In this document: positions 1-24,330 of the stretch, one piece after another
Layout: each line of letters opens with the position of its first letter
How positions within the stretch are numbered: the stretch's first letter is position 1
Virus record (IMG/VR): IMGVR_UViG_3300032214_000528
Location: 1-64,000 of that record
Length of the DNA stretch: 64,000 nucleotides
Source: a virus
Reading direction: 5' to 3' (one strand)
The notes under the pieces: generated by a model
What the model was told of the DNA's origin: nothing
What the model saw: the letters and a program-made list of their open reading frames with translations, nothing else
Database searches by the model: none
Translations under genes and position numbers: made by a program

Positions 1-519
1 AGAAACACCGCTTGCAGTGAACCAGTTTATTTCTTGTACCCTACTACTTCCATTTGAATCTTGAAACTCTGGGTGATCTGCTTGAATTCCGCTATCAATA
101 ATAACTACATCTACACCAGTACCGTCTAATACATAGTCATATGTCCCACCTGGATCGGTTGTGCTTGTCCCAAAAACATTGGTTTCTGATATATGACGAA
201 GAAGGCCCCAGTTTTGTTTTTCTCCCGTTTGTGTAGTTGTTTTATTAAAATTACCACTTTGAAATGCAAATTTTCTAGGTATAAATTTATTTAAATCCAC
301 TATATCTTGAACACGGGGATCATTTTTTAACTTCTCTGCTTCTTCATTGGTCAATAGATAAGTTGTATTTCTAGCATTTAAGGATCGCTCGTCCGAGACT
401 TCTACAGATCTAGTAGGTATAGTTTCAGATGTAGATCCTGAAGCCACTAAGTCATCCCAGAGAGAATCAGTTGTGGCCAAATTCTCTGTAGTTATTGTGT
501 AGGGGACTAACTCGTCCAC
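1..519 (-). CDS. Subtilisin-like (S8) serine peptidase, N-terminal part (runs off the left edge of the window)
   Basis: Absent from the ORF track. Read manually from GTG at 519 (overlaps the TAG of the upstream gene): MDELVPY...KLKNDPRVQDIV...NWGLLRH...YDYVLDGTGVDVVIIDSGIQADHPEFQD. G-x-GVDVVIIDSG...HPEF is the S8 catalytic-Asp motif, preceded by a propeptide-like segment. Confidence 0.8.
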   Translation of the reverse strand, partial: MDELVPYTITTENLATTDSLWDDLVASGSTSETIPTRSVEVSDERSLNARNTTYLLTNEEAEKLKNDPRVQDIVDLNKFIPRKFAFQSGNFNKTTTQTGEKQNWGLLRHISETNVFGTSTTDPGGTYDYVLDGTGVDVVIIDSGIQADHPEFQDSNGSSRVQEINWFTASGVS

Positions 520-2203
520 TAAGAAATTACCGCTCTATCTGTAACTCTACGCCAATTAGTTCCATCAAAAAAGACAGGGACAGCTCCACCTGACTCGTTA
601 GTACAAAATGCAATAGAACCAACACTAGATACTGTAGATCCCAGTTGTAATACTGTTTTATTGACAAGCTGCATAGGTGTTGTATTAATGATTTCATCAA
701 CTGGGCTTAATGTAACTGTAGTCGGAGAAGAGATTGTATACGTTCCAACTAAATCACTAGGTGCAGAAATAGTGTCTGCCTCAACCTGAGTAACTTTTAA
801 AACCTCTGTAGTAGCGTTATATGTAATACCGCTACTTGTTTTTCCACCAATAGTTCCAGTTGCATCTTCGTACAGACCAACGAAGGTAGTTGTGTCTGTT
901 GTAGCAGCTACGGTAATAAATCCTGATCCTGTAGCACCCGTTGCACCTGTAGCACCCGTTGGTCCAGTCACTGAAGGACCTGTAGGTCCTAATAAACCTG
1001 GCAATCCTTCTGGCCCTTGTGCACCTGTTGCACCAGTTGGTCCAACTGGGCCTTGCGGACCAGTGGGTCCAACTTCAGTACTTGCTGCACCCGTTGCACC
1101 AGTAGCACCTGTAGCACCTGTAGGGGCTTGAACAAGCCCTACATTGGTCCAAGCAGAACCAGTCCAAACATACAGAACACTAATAGAGGTAACAAAACGT
1201 CCATCATTTAATGTATTGCCTGATGCAGGTAAATTTTCTACAGCAACTACACTTGCCTTAATATTAATAGATGTTCCTTGCGGTCCTGTGGGTCCTGTAG
1301 GTCCTGTAGGTCCTGTAGGTCCTGTTACAGTCGAGTCTGCACCAGTAGGTCCAGTCACTGAAGGACCTGTAGGTCCTGTACTTCCTGTCGGACCTATCAA
1401 ACCTTGCGGACCAGTAGGTCCCGTTGGACCTTGTGATGGACCCGTTGGGCCTACTTCGCCTGTTGCACCTGTAGGTCCAGTGGCTCCAAGAACTCCAGGT
1501 AACCCTGTTGGCCCTGTTGGTCCTAGAATTGGTCCAGCTAAAGCCCACTCTAAATTTAAATCACTCCACACATACAGATTAGGTCCAATTAAATAACCGT
1601 CTCCAATGTTTCCAATAGGAGTGTCTGCCTCTAAAAGCTCTAGAGATGCATAAGTACCAAGAATTGATACTCCATACCCAAAAGGACCAGTTGGACCAGA
1701 TGGGCCAGTTGGACCAGATGGGCCCGCTGGACCTGTAGGTCCCTGTTCTGCAGCGGTTGCAATAGTGTTAAAACCAGAACCGTTATAAAAATTTACATCT
1801 TCATTTGTACTATCGATCCAAATATCTCCTACTGAAGCAAAGCCTGGAGGCGCTGGTTGATATGTGATATTTGAAAGACCAGCTTGTTCATACATTCCTG
1901 ATGCTGAAAACGAGGCATTAGCTGTGGATGCAGATACAAATATTTTATCCCCTACTTCAAGTGCAAATCTAAAGGTTTCAAAAGACTGACCTACAGTTAC
2001 AATAAGATCACTTACAATATAAGCTCTTGCTTCTTCGGCTCCAGGAGAATCTACAGGCTCAACAAAAATAGTTGCGGTCATATCTACGTTTCCTTTATTG
2101 GAAACAATAACTGATGCGACACAGTTAATATCAGCCTCGGCTAGCTCTGTATAAGTAGATACAAATGCAGTAGGAGATACAACTCCGAGTCTTTTTACTG
2201 GCA

Positions 2204-2204
<1 letters not shown>
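519..2204 (-). CDS. Collagen-like (GPT/GAT repeat) fibre/virion protein
   Basis: 561 aa with several G-X-Y tracts. N-terminus is paralogous to 2455..4053 (SFETFRFA). Ends with a [18 protein letters not shown] tail-fibre-type terminus. Confidence 0.8.
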
Positions 2205-9856
<7,652 letters not shown>

Positions 9857-9898
9857 TTATGCTCTCCTTGTTTGCTAGTTTCTCTTTAGTAGACATTT

Positions 9899-12676
9899 TT
9901 ATAGCTGCGTAATAACTACGTAGCCATCTCCATCACGAGACACCGTGTTAGTTTGGTTAGATCCATTGTTATATGATCCACCGCCTCCACCAGCACCCCA
10001 TGTACACCATTCTCCAGCTGGACCACCTGTGTAGCCTCCAGCTCCGCCACCGCAAAGGCCAGCACCGCCGCCTCCACCAAATCCACCAGAAATTCCATAA
10101 TCGCCCCACTGGGTCCACATATAACCGCCGCGAGCACCGTTTGTGAAAGAAAGTGGTCCAAAGTTGGAACCATTTCCGCCGTTTCCATAGAAACCAGCTC
10201 CACCACCAGCGTTGTAATCTCCGCCAGCATACCCAAGGCTGTTATTGTTACCGCCGCCATTACCGCCGCCATAACCATTACCTAAACCAGCTTGACCAGA
10301 GTTAGCGTTAACGCCATAACGAGCAGGACCGCCACCGCAAGGAGGGTAAGCACCTGGACCGCCACCGCCACCAGCGATTACAAGAATATCTGATAAAGCG
10401 TTTCCAGAGTTTTTAACAACGAAAGATCCACCATTACCGCCACCAACTGCGTGAGATCCCTGAGAAGCAGAACGTCCGTAGCCTTTATGACCGACAACAA
10501 TACGAAGTACTTCCCCCTGTGTAAGAGAGAATGTTCCTTCGATCTGTGCACCATATCCGCCGTAGTATCCAAAGTACTGATCGTAGTTACGACCAGCTCC
10601 AAATGCGGCTACTCTATATGTACCAGTTTTAGGTACTGTCCACAACATCACACCGTTTGTTGTCATGTTCAAATATGAATTTGCCCAAGCTGGGTTACCT
10701 ACACCAGATCTTGCCTGAGAAATATTTGGTCCGTTATATGCATTAGAGTTGTATTGAGCCGCACCGCCTGGAGTAAATGTTGCAGAGGTGAATGCATATA
10801 GGAACGGTTGAAGATTGAACTGATATGTGTGAGTTTGAGATGCAGTACTTCCAGCAGCATCTGTTGCAGTAATAACAACTTGTCTTGTTGGTGTTCCAGC
10901 TGAGTCCGAAGGTGTTCCAGAAACTACACCAGTAGAAGTGTTTAAAGTAAGACCTGCAGGAAGTGTTCCGCTTGTTACAGCATAAGTAATTGGTAGCTGA
11001 GCACCAATTGCTGTTACTGTTGTAGGAACAATAGCTGTTCCAGCCTCTGTTCCAGTTCGTGTCTGAGTAAGAGGAGACAACTCAAGGAGAACTTGATTAA
11101 GTGCGAAGTTGTGCTGGTCATATCTTATAGATACAAAATAAAAATTCTTTTCTTGGTCTAGAGAAACTACCCCGAAACGTCCTCCCTCTGGGTAGTCATA
11201 CCTAAGCATGTCATATAAAACATAACCGTGATCCTTGATATGAAAAATATCTTTATCAAGAGATACACCAATTTTTGTAAAAGTCTGCGTACCAGTTCCA
11301 CCTGAAATTGTAGTAATAACGGTACCAGTGGGGGTTGCTTTTAAGCTGAATAGATAGTTACCGCCACCGACCGAGAAGAAGTCTCCAAGCCAATATGTAG
11401 TGTTGTTAACTAACCCGCTCGCTGCTACTCCAGTAGTAGAGTAAAAAACCATTGTTCCTGAGTACCATGCTGTCGAGATATCTGATCCACTTGTAGCTGT
11501 TACGTTTTGACCGTTATAGCTAGTTACTGTAGCTACCTGACCAGTGTTATTTGCAGCATCAATTGTTTTAGGTGCATCATTGACTATAGATAATGTTGTT
11601 TGTGTTGCAGGGTTTACGTTATTTCCAGCAAAAGTACGAGCTTGGTTTGCAAGCTGAAATGTTCCAGCCATGGAAGCTTGTATGTCAATTGTTTCCCCGT
11701 CTGGAGTTGCACTAACTGTAAATGTTGATGTAGAAGTCCCCAAGGTGCCGTTTGTTTTTAAGAAAACAACTCCTCTAGGATTGGTATTAAAATACCCTGA
11801 AGAAGTTATTACGTTATAGTAAAGAGGAGTTCCTACAGCTCTTCCATTAAAATTTTCTGTTCCATGCGACACTGTAATTGTGTCCTCAGATGTGTTAGTG
11901 CTGCTAATGTTGCTTGTAACTCCAGCAACAGTTGCACTGTTAGACCAATCAATATTAATGGATGATAAAGTATTAGATCCATCGAATGTCTGAGCAGTCG
12001 CTGAGTTAGATGAGTCAAATGATTTTGCTTCAGTGTTTGAAGCAGCAAACTCCTGAGAAATTGTAGAGTTAAGATTGAGGAAATAAAACGGAGTATCTAT
12101 ACCAAAACCATGTACTGAGTCAGTAGAAACTGTTAGTGTAGAAAGAGATGCTGCATCTGTAATAATACCAGCAGCATCAGCAATTCTTAGCTGAGATCCT
12201 TGAAAGAACTCTCCAGTAATAATAGAAGAATAGAGATCCTCAATAGAGTTATCTCCTGTCTGAATATCTTTACATAAATATGTAAAAGTAAAAGTATTAG
12301 GGATAGAGTTGATAATATAAGCACCATCTGCTGTAATAGATTTTGTTCCAGTTACGTTGATAGGAATACCTACTGCTAGCCCGTGCTCTAGGGATGTAAT
12401 TACTGTGATTTCACGAGTTCCGTCATTTGTAATAATAGATGTAATATTAGGGATTGTTGTATCACCGCTCTTAGAAAAGAACGATGGAGTGTTGTTAATA
12501 AGCTCAACTGTTTCCCACTTAGTAGGCTGTAGACCATACTCAAAGTCTGTATCGATCAGGTTCTGAGGCTGCGATACACGGAGTTTCGTTACTGGATCGA
12601 TAAACTCTTTTGGAAACGATACTTCTCCGCCTGTGCCTGAGCTGCTACCGCTGCTACCGCCTAAATACCCTGGCAT
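9899..12676 (-). CDS. Large virion structural protein with Ig-like (He_PIG-type) and Gly-rich domains
   Basis: 925 aa. ITYAVTSGTLPAGLTLNTSTGVVSGTP is an Ig-like motif. C-terminal WTVPKTGTYRV...GGGGG Gly-rich domain. Confidence 0.75.
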   Translation of the reverse strand: MPGYLGGSSGSSSGTGGEVSFPKEFIDPVTKLRVSQPQNLIDTDFEYGLQPTKWETVELINNTPSFFSKSGDTTIPNITSIITNDGTREITVITSLEHGLAVGIPINVTGTKSITADGAYIINSIPNTFTFTYLCKDIQTGDNSIEDLYSSIITGEFFQGSQLRIADAAGIITDAASLSTLTVSTDSVHGFGIDTPFYFLNLNSTISQEFAASNTEAKSFDSSNSATAQTFDGSNTLSSINIDWSNSATVAGVTSNISSTNTSEDTITVSHGTENFNGRAVGTPLYYNVITSSGYFNTNPRGVVFLKTNGTLGTSTSTFTVSATPDGETIDIQASMAGTFQLANQARTFAGNNVNPATQTTLSIVNDAPKTIDAANNTGQVATVTSYNGQNVTATSGSDISTAWYSGTMVFYSTTGVAASGLVNNTTYWLGDFFSVGGGNYLFSLKATPTGTVITTISGGTGTQTFTKIGVSLDKDIFHIKDHGYVLYDMLRYDYPEGGRFGVVSLDQEKNFYFVSIRYDQHNFALNQVLLELSPLTQTRTGTEAGTAIVPTTVTAIGAQLPITYAVTSGTLPAGLTLNTSTGVVSGTPSDSAGTPTRQVVITATDAAGSTASQTHTYQFNLQPFLYAFTSATFTPGGAAQYNSNAYNGPNISQARSGVGNPAWANSYLNMTTNGVMLWTVPKTGTYRVAAFGAGRNYDQYFGYYGGYGAQIEGTFSLTQGEVLRIVVGHKGYGRSASQGSHAVGGGNGGSFVVKNSGNALSDILVIAGGGGGPGAYPPCGGGPARYGVNANSGQAGLGNGYGGGNGGGNNNSLGYAGGDYNAGGGAGFYGNGGNGSNFGPLSFTNGARGGYMWTQWGDYGISGGFGGGGGAGLCGGGAGGYTGGPAGEWCTWGAGGGGGSYNNGSNQTNTVSRDGDGYVVITQL

Positions 12677-12760
12677 TAGTTAGCACCTTTCCTAGTCAAA
12701 CAAGAATTTAATAGTAGAATAGCATTATTTAGCGTAAGTGATTCTTTGAGTTGGAACAAG

Positions 12761-13411
12761 TTATACACCTAACCACCATGAAGCTGTTGTGGAGTAAGAC
12801 CCTCTAGATCCTGTTGCACCTTGTGGGCCAGTAGTTCCACCCTGAGTTTGAATATATACACCATCAACAAATACATATGTAATGGCTGTATTAGTGTCAA
12901 ACCAAGCATCACCATTAACTGAGCTTTCAATTGACGGTTGAGTAGCAGAAGCTGTAAATTTTCCAACAGGTCCTGTTGGACCTGTTGGACCAGGTACTTC
13001 TGAGTCTGCACCAACTGGACCTGTAGGTCCTGTTTGTCCTCTTGGACCAGTTGGGCCTTGCGGACCAGTTACATATGAATCTGCACCTGTAGGTCCTGTA
13101 TACCCGCGAACACCTGTTGGACCAGTTACACCTTGCGGACCAGTTACACCTTGCGGACCAGTTGGTCCAGTTATACCTTGCGGGCCCGCTACATCAGATA
13201 CTGGACCTGTTGGACCAGCAATACCTTGCGGACCAGTTACACCTTGTGCACCAGTGGCACCTGTTGGCCCTTGAATACCTTGAGGACCAGTAGGACCTGT
13301 AGGGGTAACACGCAGTGCATTCCAAACTGCCCCGTCCCACACCCAAGACTGACCACTAACAGTAAATACTTCGCCAACAATAACTGGCGTTGGGAAATCA
13401 ATAGCTGTCAT
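12761..13411 (-). CDS. Short collagen-like virion protein
   Basis: 216 aa. AIDFP...WVWDG N-terminus shared with 14553 and 16443, a G-X-Y tract, and a GDAWFDT module. Confidence 0.8.
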   Translation of the reverse strand: MTAIDFPTPVIVGEVFTVSGQSWVWDGAVWNALRVTPTGPTGPQGIQGPTGATGAQGVTGPQGIAGPTGPVSDVAGPQGITGPTGPQGVTGPQGVTGPTGVRGYTGPTGADSYVTGPQGPTGPRGQTGPTGPVGADSEVPGPTGPTGPVGKFTASATQPSIESSVNGDAWFDTNTAITYVFVDGVYIQTQGGTTGPQGATGSRGSYSTTASWWLGV

Positions 13412-13446
13412 CTTATTAGGTCCTTTCTATCTTTAAACACATTTTA

Positions 13447-13614
13447 CTACTCTACTACTGGCTCAGAGATACCAGAATTAAGCTTATTTACATAAGCAGA
13501 TGCCCAGTTTATAGCGGCTGTTAGAGACTCCCAAGGGCCGCTTTCATCGATGACATTGTCACCATATAAAACTTGTACCAGAAGAGATTCTTCAACAATT
13601 ACATATGAAAACAT
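13447..13614 (-). CDS. Small hypothetical protein (55 aa)
   Basis: Manual read: MFSYVIVEESLLVQVLYGDNVIDESGPWESLTAAINWASAYVNKLNSGISEPVVE*, with an AAAGGA RBS. Fills the gap in a co-oriented operon. Confidence 0.6.
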   Translation of the reverse strand: MFSYVIVEESLLVQVLYGDNVIDESGPWESLTAAINWASAYVNKLNSGISEPVVE

Positions 13615-13630
13615 TATATCGTCCTTTTCA

Positions 13631-14551
13631 CTATACCGAGTATGCTAGTTTTCCAGAAGAGCCAACAGCAATGGCAGTGTCGTTGTCATTATAGACACCA
13701 TTGATATTAGATGTATCAAAAGTGCTTGTTCTTTGAATCCACCCAGTTCCGTCAAAAGATGTAGCAAGCTTTCCAGTTGCTCCCCCAGCGAGATATGTTC
13801 CATCTTCAGAAACAGAAACAGAACGAACACTTATAGATCCAAAAGTACTTATAGGAAATACTTGAGTCCAAGTAGTTCCATTACTGGAGTTTGCTATTTT
13901 TCCAGACTCTCCTACAGCAACAAATCTACCTCCACCAATAGTAGAGGTAACTGCATTTATAATACTTGTACCGAAAGATGACGTTCTCTGAGTCCAAACA
14001 GTACCGTTAGTAGATGTAGCAAGTTTCCCGTCATAACCTACCGCTACAATAGAACTATTTGTTGACCATATAGAGTTAATAAAGGTTGTACCAAATGACG
14101 ATGTTCTCTGAGTCCATGTGATTGCGTCTACAGAAGTAGCAAGCTTACCTGACCCACCTACTGCAATCCATAGAGAAGCTGATGTTGAGTATGTAAGTCC
14201 GAGAATAGTGCTAGCTCCAAAGGAAGAAGGTCTTAGAGTCCAAGTAACTCCGTCTGTTGATGTAGCAAGTTTGCCAGAGCTTCCACCTATTACAAATAGA
14301 TTATTTCCGTATGCCACGGAGTAAATATTACTTTCACCAAATTGACTATTTCTTTGCACCCAGTTTTGGGTGTCCGAAGAAGTAGCAAGCTTGCCAGAAT
14401 TTCCAACTGTTATGTATTTATTTAAATCTGCTGAATATCTAATTGCATTTATGTTAGTCAGACCGAATGAGCTATCAGCAACTTGTTGCCATGTCACAGG
14501 GGTGAATGGATAAGCTAATGTTCCATGCATTGCATGAGTAGAAATTAACAT
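13631..14551 (-). CDS. Beta-propeller repeat protein (BNR/Ycf48-like), probably virion-associated
   Basis: About 6-7 repeats of WT.R.SSFG.S.I......AVG.SGKLATS.DG. Confidence 0.75.
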   Translation of the reverse strand: MLISTHAMHGTLAYPFTPVTWQQVADSSFGLTNINAIRYSADLNKYITVGNSGKLATSSDTQNWVQRNSQFGESNIYSVAYGNNLFVIGGSSGKLATSTDGVTWTLRPSSFGASTILGLTYSTSASLWIAVGGSGKLATSVDAITWTQRTSSFGTTFINSIWSTNSSIVAVGYDGKLATSTNGTVWTQRTSSFGTSIINAVTSTIGGGRFVAVGESGKIANSSNGTTWTQVFPISTFGSISVRSVSVSEDGTYLAGGATGKLATSFDGTGWIQRTSTFDTSNINGVYNDNDTAIAVGSSGKLAYSV

Positions 14552-14552
14552 A

Positions 14553-16427
14553 TTAGACTGTCAAATTTCCACTAAGAAGCCAGCTATTAGCTCCAAGCTT
14601 AATTAAAGAAGCAACCGCGTATCTTGCTTTTGTAGTAGAACGTGATCCTTCTGTCAAAACTGATACGCCTATGGATCCATTAATTGAAACTTGTCCTACA
14701 CCAATTTGTGTAACTACAATTTGTGTTCCAGTAGGGAACGTATATCCGCTTGCTCCATCTAATGGAACTGTAACTGTTGTTGGTGTTGAAGAGTTCATTT
14801 TAACAATTGTTCCTGCATCAACTTCTGTTAATACTCTAGAAGATAAATACTGCGAACCAATCAATTCTGCGTTTGCAGGTCCAGTAGCACCAGTAGGTCC
14901 AGTCACTGAAGGACCTGTAGGTCCAAGATCACCTTGCGGACCTGTAGGGCCTTCAACAGTTGAAGCAGGACCAGTAGGGCCTGTTACTCCAGGACCAGTT
15001 GCACCCGTTGCACCTGTAGGACCAACAATTTGACCTACATTTGCCCAGTTAAGGCCGTTCCATACATAAAGATTTCCATTAGAAGTTACAACGTAAGCAT
15101 CATTGACGGTGTTTCCAGTTGATGGGAGATTTGATACCTGCGGAACACTTCCTTTAATATTAATAGATGTTCCTTGCGGACCAGTCGCACCAGTTGGACC
15201 TACCTCACCTGCACCTAAAACTAGGTTCCAAGAAGCATATGTATTTCCGTCTCCATTAATTTTATCTACATCAAGAGTGACAGATAAACCAGTAATGAAA
15301 GAAATAACACCTTCAACATAATTTGTAGGGAAAGACACGCTTGCTAAACGAGCTCTAGTTCCAATAGTAAATGCATCGATCTTATTTACAGTAAAGTTTT
15401 TAGACGCTAATTCAATAGTTAAATTACTTGTTGAAGTAACTCCAGTATAACTAGCTCCAGTAGGACCTGTAGGCCCTGTTATAGATGCACCTGCTGGGCC
15501 AGCAGGTCCCGGTACGGTTGAAGGTTCTGTAGATACAGGGCCTGTAGCACCAGTAGGACCTGTAGGTCCTGCAATAGTTGATGCTGATCCTGTTGCACCA
15601 GTTGCACCTGTTGCACCGCGAAGACCTGTTTCTCCTTGTGCACCAGTTGCACCAGTAGCACCAGTAGCACCCGTTGGTCCTGTAGGCCCTTGTGATGGAC
15701 CAGTTGGACCTACTGCACCTGTTGGACCAGTAAGACTTGCTCCTGTAGGACCAGTTGCACCAGCTGGGCCAGTAAATCCTACGAAACCTCTAGGGCCAGT
15801 AGCACCTGTTGGTCCTGCTACACCTTGTGCACCTGTAGGTCCAAGATCACCTTGCGGACCAGTTGGACCTGTAGCTCCAACTGCACCTGTTGCACCTACT
15901 GGACCTCTTTCTCCTTCTGGACCTATAACTCCTTGTGGACCAGTTGGTCCTACTGCACCTGTCGGACCTGTTACATCTAGACCTTGAGCTCCAGTTGGTC
16001 CAGTGTTTCCTTGCGGTCCTGTAGCACCTGTTGGTCCAGTGTTTCCTTGCGGTCCTGTTACGGTACTTGCTGCACCTGTTGCACCTGTTGGACCAGTAGG
16101 TCCTTCGGCACCGACTTGGCTAGAAGCAGACTCAACCCAATAGCTATCGTAATAAACATAGATTTTTCCATTTGAAGCGTTAAACCACGAGTCTCCAACA
16201 TCTGCAGATCCTGGCGGGGTATCAGCTACTACTGCAAAAACCCCTGTTGGACCCGTTGGACCTGTGACATTTGATGCAGAACCTGTTGGTCCTACTGGGC
16301 CTGTTGCTCCAACTACTGAAGATATTACTAAGTTCCAAACTAAACCATCCCACTCCCAAGTTTGAAGACCTGAAGTGAACTGTTGTCCTGGACCTGTTGG
16401 TGAATTAGGAAAATCAATGGCTGCCAT
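14553..16427 (-). CDS. Collagen-like fibre protein
   Basis: 624 aa. G-X-Y tracts alternate with globular modules. Ends [14 protein letters not shown]...WLLSGNL. Confidence 0.8.
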   Translation of the reverse strand: MAAIDFPNSPTGPGQQFTSGLQTWEWDGLVWNLVISSVVGATGPVGPTGSASNVTGPTGPTGVFAVVADTPPGSADVGDSWFNASNGKIYVYYDSYWVESASSQVGAEGPTGPTGATGAASTVTGPQGNTGPTGATGPQGNTGPTGAQGLDVTGPTGAVGPTGPQGVIGPEGERGPVGATGAVGATGPTGPQGDLGPTGAQGVAGPTGATGPRGFVGFTGPAGATGPTGASLTGPTGAVGPTGPSQGPTGPTGATGATGATGAQGETGLRGATGATGATGSASTIAGPTGPTGATGPVSTEPSTVPGPAGPAGASITGPTGPTGASYTGVTSTSNLTIELASKNFTVNKIDAFTIGTRARLASVSFPTNYVEGVISFITGLSVTLDVDKINGDGNTYASWNLVLGAGEVGPTGATGPQGTSINIKGSVPQVSNLPSTGNTVNDAYVVTSNGNLYVWNGLNWANVGQIVGPTGATGATGPGVTGPTGPASTVEGPTGPQGDLGPTGPSVTGPTGATGPANAELIGSQYLSSRVLTEVDAGTIVKMNSSTPTTVTVPLDGASGYTFPTGTQIVVTQIGVGQVSINGSIGVSVLTEGSRSTTKARYAVASLIKLGANSWLLSGNLTV

Positions 16428-16442
16428 TTTTAGTCACTACTC

Positions 16443-17144
16443 CTAAACTATCGCTTCGTATGTAAATTGGATAAGGATTTTATCATTAGCGCTAAATAGG
16501 AATGGCGTACTTTCAGTAACAGCTGCTCCTTCTGCATACTGTGATACTTGAGTATGAACATAAAGTTCAATTTTATTAGTTACATTGTTGTTAAATACTG
16601 CTGTACCAAAATATGTAATACCAGGGCCTTCGTCACGAATAACTACTTGACCAACTGGCTGATAGTTTTCTACAATTCCATTAGCTGGTAGAGATACAGA
16701 ATATGTTCCAGATCCTCTAGAAAACCCAGACGTGCCAGCAATAATTCTAATTTCTCCAAAAATAGTAGCTCCAACAGTCATATATCTACCTGTAATACTT
16801 CCATTACCGATGACAGGATTAGTTGTGCTTCCAAAAAGTGTTGGTGTATATGTGGTCCAAGCATTAATTGCAAAACTTCCTGTTGGACCTGTAGCACCAG
16901 TTGGGCCTATCTGAGTACTTGGTAGGCCAATTGGACCCGCTGGTCCTGTAGGTCCAATCTCACCTTGCGGACCAGTTGCACCGATTGCAGTTGAATCCAA
17001 ACCTGCTGGTCCTGTGGGTCCTGTAGGGCCTACAGCACTTGTACGAACTAAACGCCAAGAGGATCCGTTCCAACGATATGTTTGTGTACCGCTTACATAC
17101 ACGTCATTAAGATTTGGGTTTGATGGAAAATCTAATGCTGGCAC
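16443..17144 (-). CDS. Collagen-like fibre protein with C-terminal globular tip
   Basis: 233 aa with a short G-X-Y tract. C-terminal WTTYTP...GRY...G.Y.VSLP domain resembles the C-terminus of 17178..22199. Confidence 0.75.
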   Translation of the reverse strand: MPALDFPSNPNLNDVYVSGTQTYRWNGSSWRLVRTSAVGPTGPTGPAGLDSTAIGATGPQGEIGPTGPAGPIGLPSTQIGPTGATGPTGSFAINAWTTYTPTLFGSTTNPVIGNGSITGRYMTVGATIFGEIRIIAGTSGFSRGSGTYSVSLPANGIVENYQPVGQVVIRDEGPGITYFGTAVFNNNVTNKIELYVHTQVSQYAEGAAVTESTPFLFSANDKILIQFTYEAIV

Positions 17145-17177
17145 GTTAGTTACCTCCTTTTTCTTTTATAGTTTTCA

Positions 17178-22199
<5,022 letters not shown>

Positions 22200-22310
22200 A
22201 TTGGCGCTCCATCACGAAAAAATTGAGTAAAAAGATGCACTGGTAACATCTCTTTGGACCAAGTCTTATTTTACGGTACTTTTTAAACATTGACCTTTAG
22301 AATGTTAAAT

Positions 22311-23549
22311 TTAGACTCGATATGTACGGATAATACTAAGGTCTTTTCTTGGATCGTAGTTTTCCCCAATTACCATCGTAAGCAATCCTGGGTGTGAATC
22401 TAAACCTTTTTTGTCCCTAAACCAGTTAGATCCTCCGTCTAGAGTCGGAGCTTGGACCCAAAAACGTTGTCCAATATCCATAGCACGATAGTGATGGAAG
22501 TGACCAGAAACCCATACATCGCACTGGCCTAAATCAGTCATACCTAAAGACTGACCTTCTAAATACTTAATTGGATTAACTCCGCCCATCTGGTGTCCAT
22601 GGAATAAGCCGAGCATTACGCCATTGATATTAATAGATAAGTTTTGATTTCCCTTAGCAGGGTATCTAAATTTAACATGAGAAAGGCTTTCTACCTCTGC
22701 ACAGATGTCTTGAACTGCGCTAGCAATCTCCGTATTCCATCCATCTGCTGGATCGGCTGCTACCTGACGAGTCGACTCGTCATGGTTTCCATTAACCACT
22801 GGAACAATTAGTTCCTCGCAAAGTGGGGCAAAAGCCTTAATTTGAGCAAGAAGAACTCTTCGTGCAACTCGCACCTGTTCTGTGATTCCTAGGTCAGAAG
22901 CTGCTTGACCTTGCAATCTTCCGTTCTGAGATACGTTTCCTTCAACGTGATCGCCGGGCAAGGCAAGGACAATAGTTCCTATCTGTCTTCCAATTTTGCG
23001 TAAATCTTTAAGTCTTTGAACTGCTTCTGATGTTGTATCTAAGATTCTCTGGATAATGTCGTCTGTTCCAGAATCCCCTACTTTTTTACCAATCTGCTGA
23101 TCGCTAACTACAACTAGGTAAGCAAGGGGGCCAGTAATTGACTCCATAGGCTTTTGTGGCTTCCATTTAGAGATCTCTTTACAGATAGCTTCTACATCTG
23201 CTTTATCCTCTGCCAGAGTAGCAAGAGGCACAAGCTTAAGTCGCTTTGACTCTAAAAGCTCTCCATCATATCTTTGCCACCGAGACATACCTAGATTGGT
23301 CACATGCCACTCATCGGGGTTAAGACCAAACTCGATTAGGAGGTCTCTAGCCTCTGGCATATTGTTTACTGGCTTTGCATTGGAAGTTAAGATTCCTCCA
23401 TCTGGAGTCATCTCTAGATTAGGGGTCCAATTCTCTGGAGTCTTAGTTGTCTTTCGGTCTGAGCCCGTTGCGCCGGGGCTGACAAGGTCGACTAGCTTTT
23501 GTGTGAGAGAGGCTTTTGGATCTTCTACTGGTTGTTTTTTCTGTGTCAT
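22311..23549 (-). CDS. Calcineurin-like metallophosphoesterase (phage)
   Basis: Metal-binding motifs SDQQIG, GDHVEG, GNHD, FHGH and GHFH. Confidence 0.8.
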   Translation of the reverse strand: MTQKKQPVEDPKASLTQKLVDLVSPGATGSDRKTTKTPENWTPNLEMTPDGGILTSNAKPVNNMPEARDLLIEFGLNPDEWHVTNLGMSRWQRYDGELLESKRLKLVPLATLAEDKADVEAICKEISKWKPQKPMESITGPLAYLVVVSDQQIGKKVGDSGTDDIIQRILDTTSEAVQRLKDLRKIGRQIGTIVLALPGDHVEGNVSQNGRLQGQAASDLGITEQVRVARRVLLAQIKAFAPLCEELIVPVVNGNHDESTRQVAADPADGWNTEIASAVQDICAEVESLSHVKFRYPAKGNQNLSININGVMLGLFHGHQMGGVNPIKYLEGQSLGMTDLGQCDVWVSGHFHHYRAMDIGQRFWVQAPTLDGGSNWFRDKKGLDSHPGLLTMVIGENYDPRKDLSIIRTYRV

Positions 23550-23836
23550 TTCTTGGCCTTAGCTTCAGCCGCTTGGCGAGCTTCTTGACCTATATAACAA
23601 CGACATCTCTGCCCTCTGTGAAGTCTTATTGAGGCAAAGGCAATGTCATGTCCTTCACCTAAAAGAAGCTCGTGGAGCTGGACATTGGAGATAGTCCCTT
23701 TAACTGACTTAGTGGAAAATACAATTTCTAAAGCCTCTCTGTCTTCTTCATTTACAGAAGCCATAAGCTTTGCTATACCGCAAGGGAGTCCCGGTGAGGA
23801 CCTAGTTGCTTCTTTTAACTTCTCCGCTAGACTCAC
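23546..23836 (-). CDS. Hypothetical protein (96 aa), possible Zn/HTH-like
   Basis: 4-nt overlap with the phosphoesterase gene. Contains PC...HRGQRCRC. Confidence 0.6.
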   Translation of the reverse strand: MSLAEKLKEATRSSPGLPCGIAKLMASVNEEDREALEIVFSTKSVKGTISNVQLHELLLGEGHDIAFASIRLHRGQRCRCYIGQEARQAAEAKAKK

Positions 23837-23994
23837 TATTTATCTCCTATAAAGTAGAGTTTGTACTAACCCTAAAGTAAAAGATAACTCGACAGGTTAG
23901 ATAGCAGATAACATTACCACTACTTTTAAGGTTTGACTATGAGAGATATGGCGTGTCGCACTTAAAATAAAAGTGCTTTAAAAAAGTATTATTT

Positions 23995-24330
23995 TTACTC
24001 TACGATATTTAAATTTGCTTTACGAGCCTTTTTTGGCTTAGGCTCAACCATTGCTAAAAGCAATCCCTCAATAACACCCATCTTTGCATTCATCTCTGTC
24101 TGGCACTTCTGTACGTCATTTACCTGATCTTTTAGTGAGCCCCCGCCATTTTCCCAAAGCTGGTGTTCTACTCTTGACATGCGCTCTGATAGAGTTTTTC
24201 CTTGAGCGTCTACGCCTATAGCCTGATCTACCCTTCTAGCAATTTTATAGATACTAAACATAAAAGCACCTACTGCTGTAATAGTTCCTATAACCAGCAT
24301 AGTGGTAGTCAATATAGACATATCAGTCAC
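23995..24330 (-). CDS. Membrane-anchored coiled-coil protein with NGGxSL motif (type seen in actinophage lysis cassettes)
   Basis: N-terminal hydrophobic helix followed by VEHQLWENGGGSLKDQV. Confidence 0.6.
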   Translation of the reverse strand: MTDMSILTTTMLVIGTITAVGAFMFSIYKIARRVDQAIGVDAQGKTLSERMSRVEHQLWENGGGSLKDQVNDVQKCQTEMNAKMGVIEGLLLAMVEPKPKKARKANLNIVE

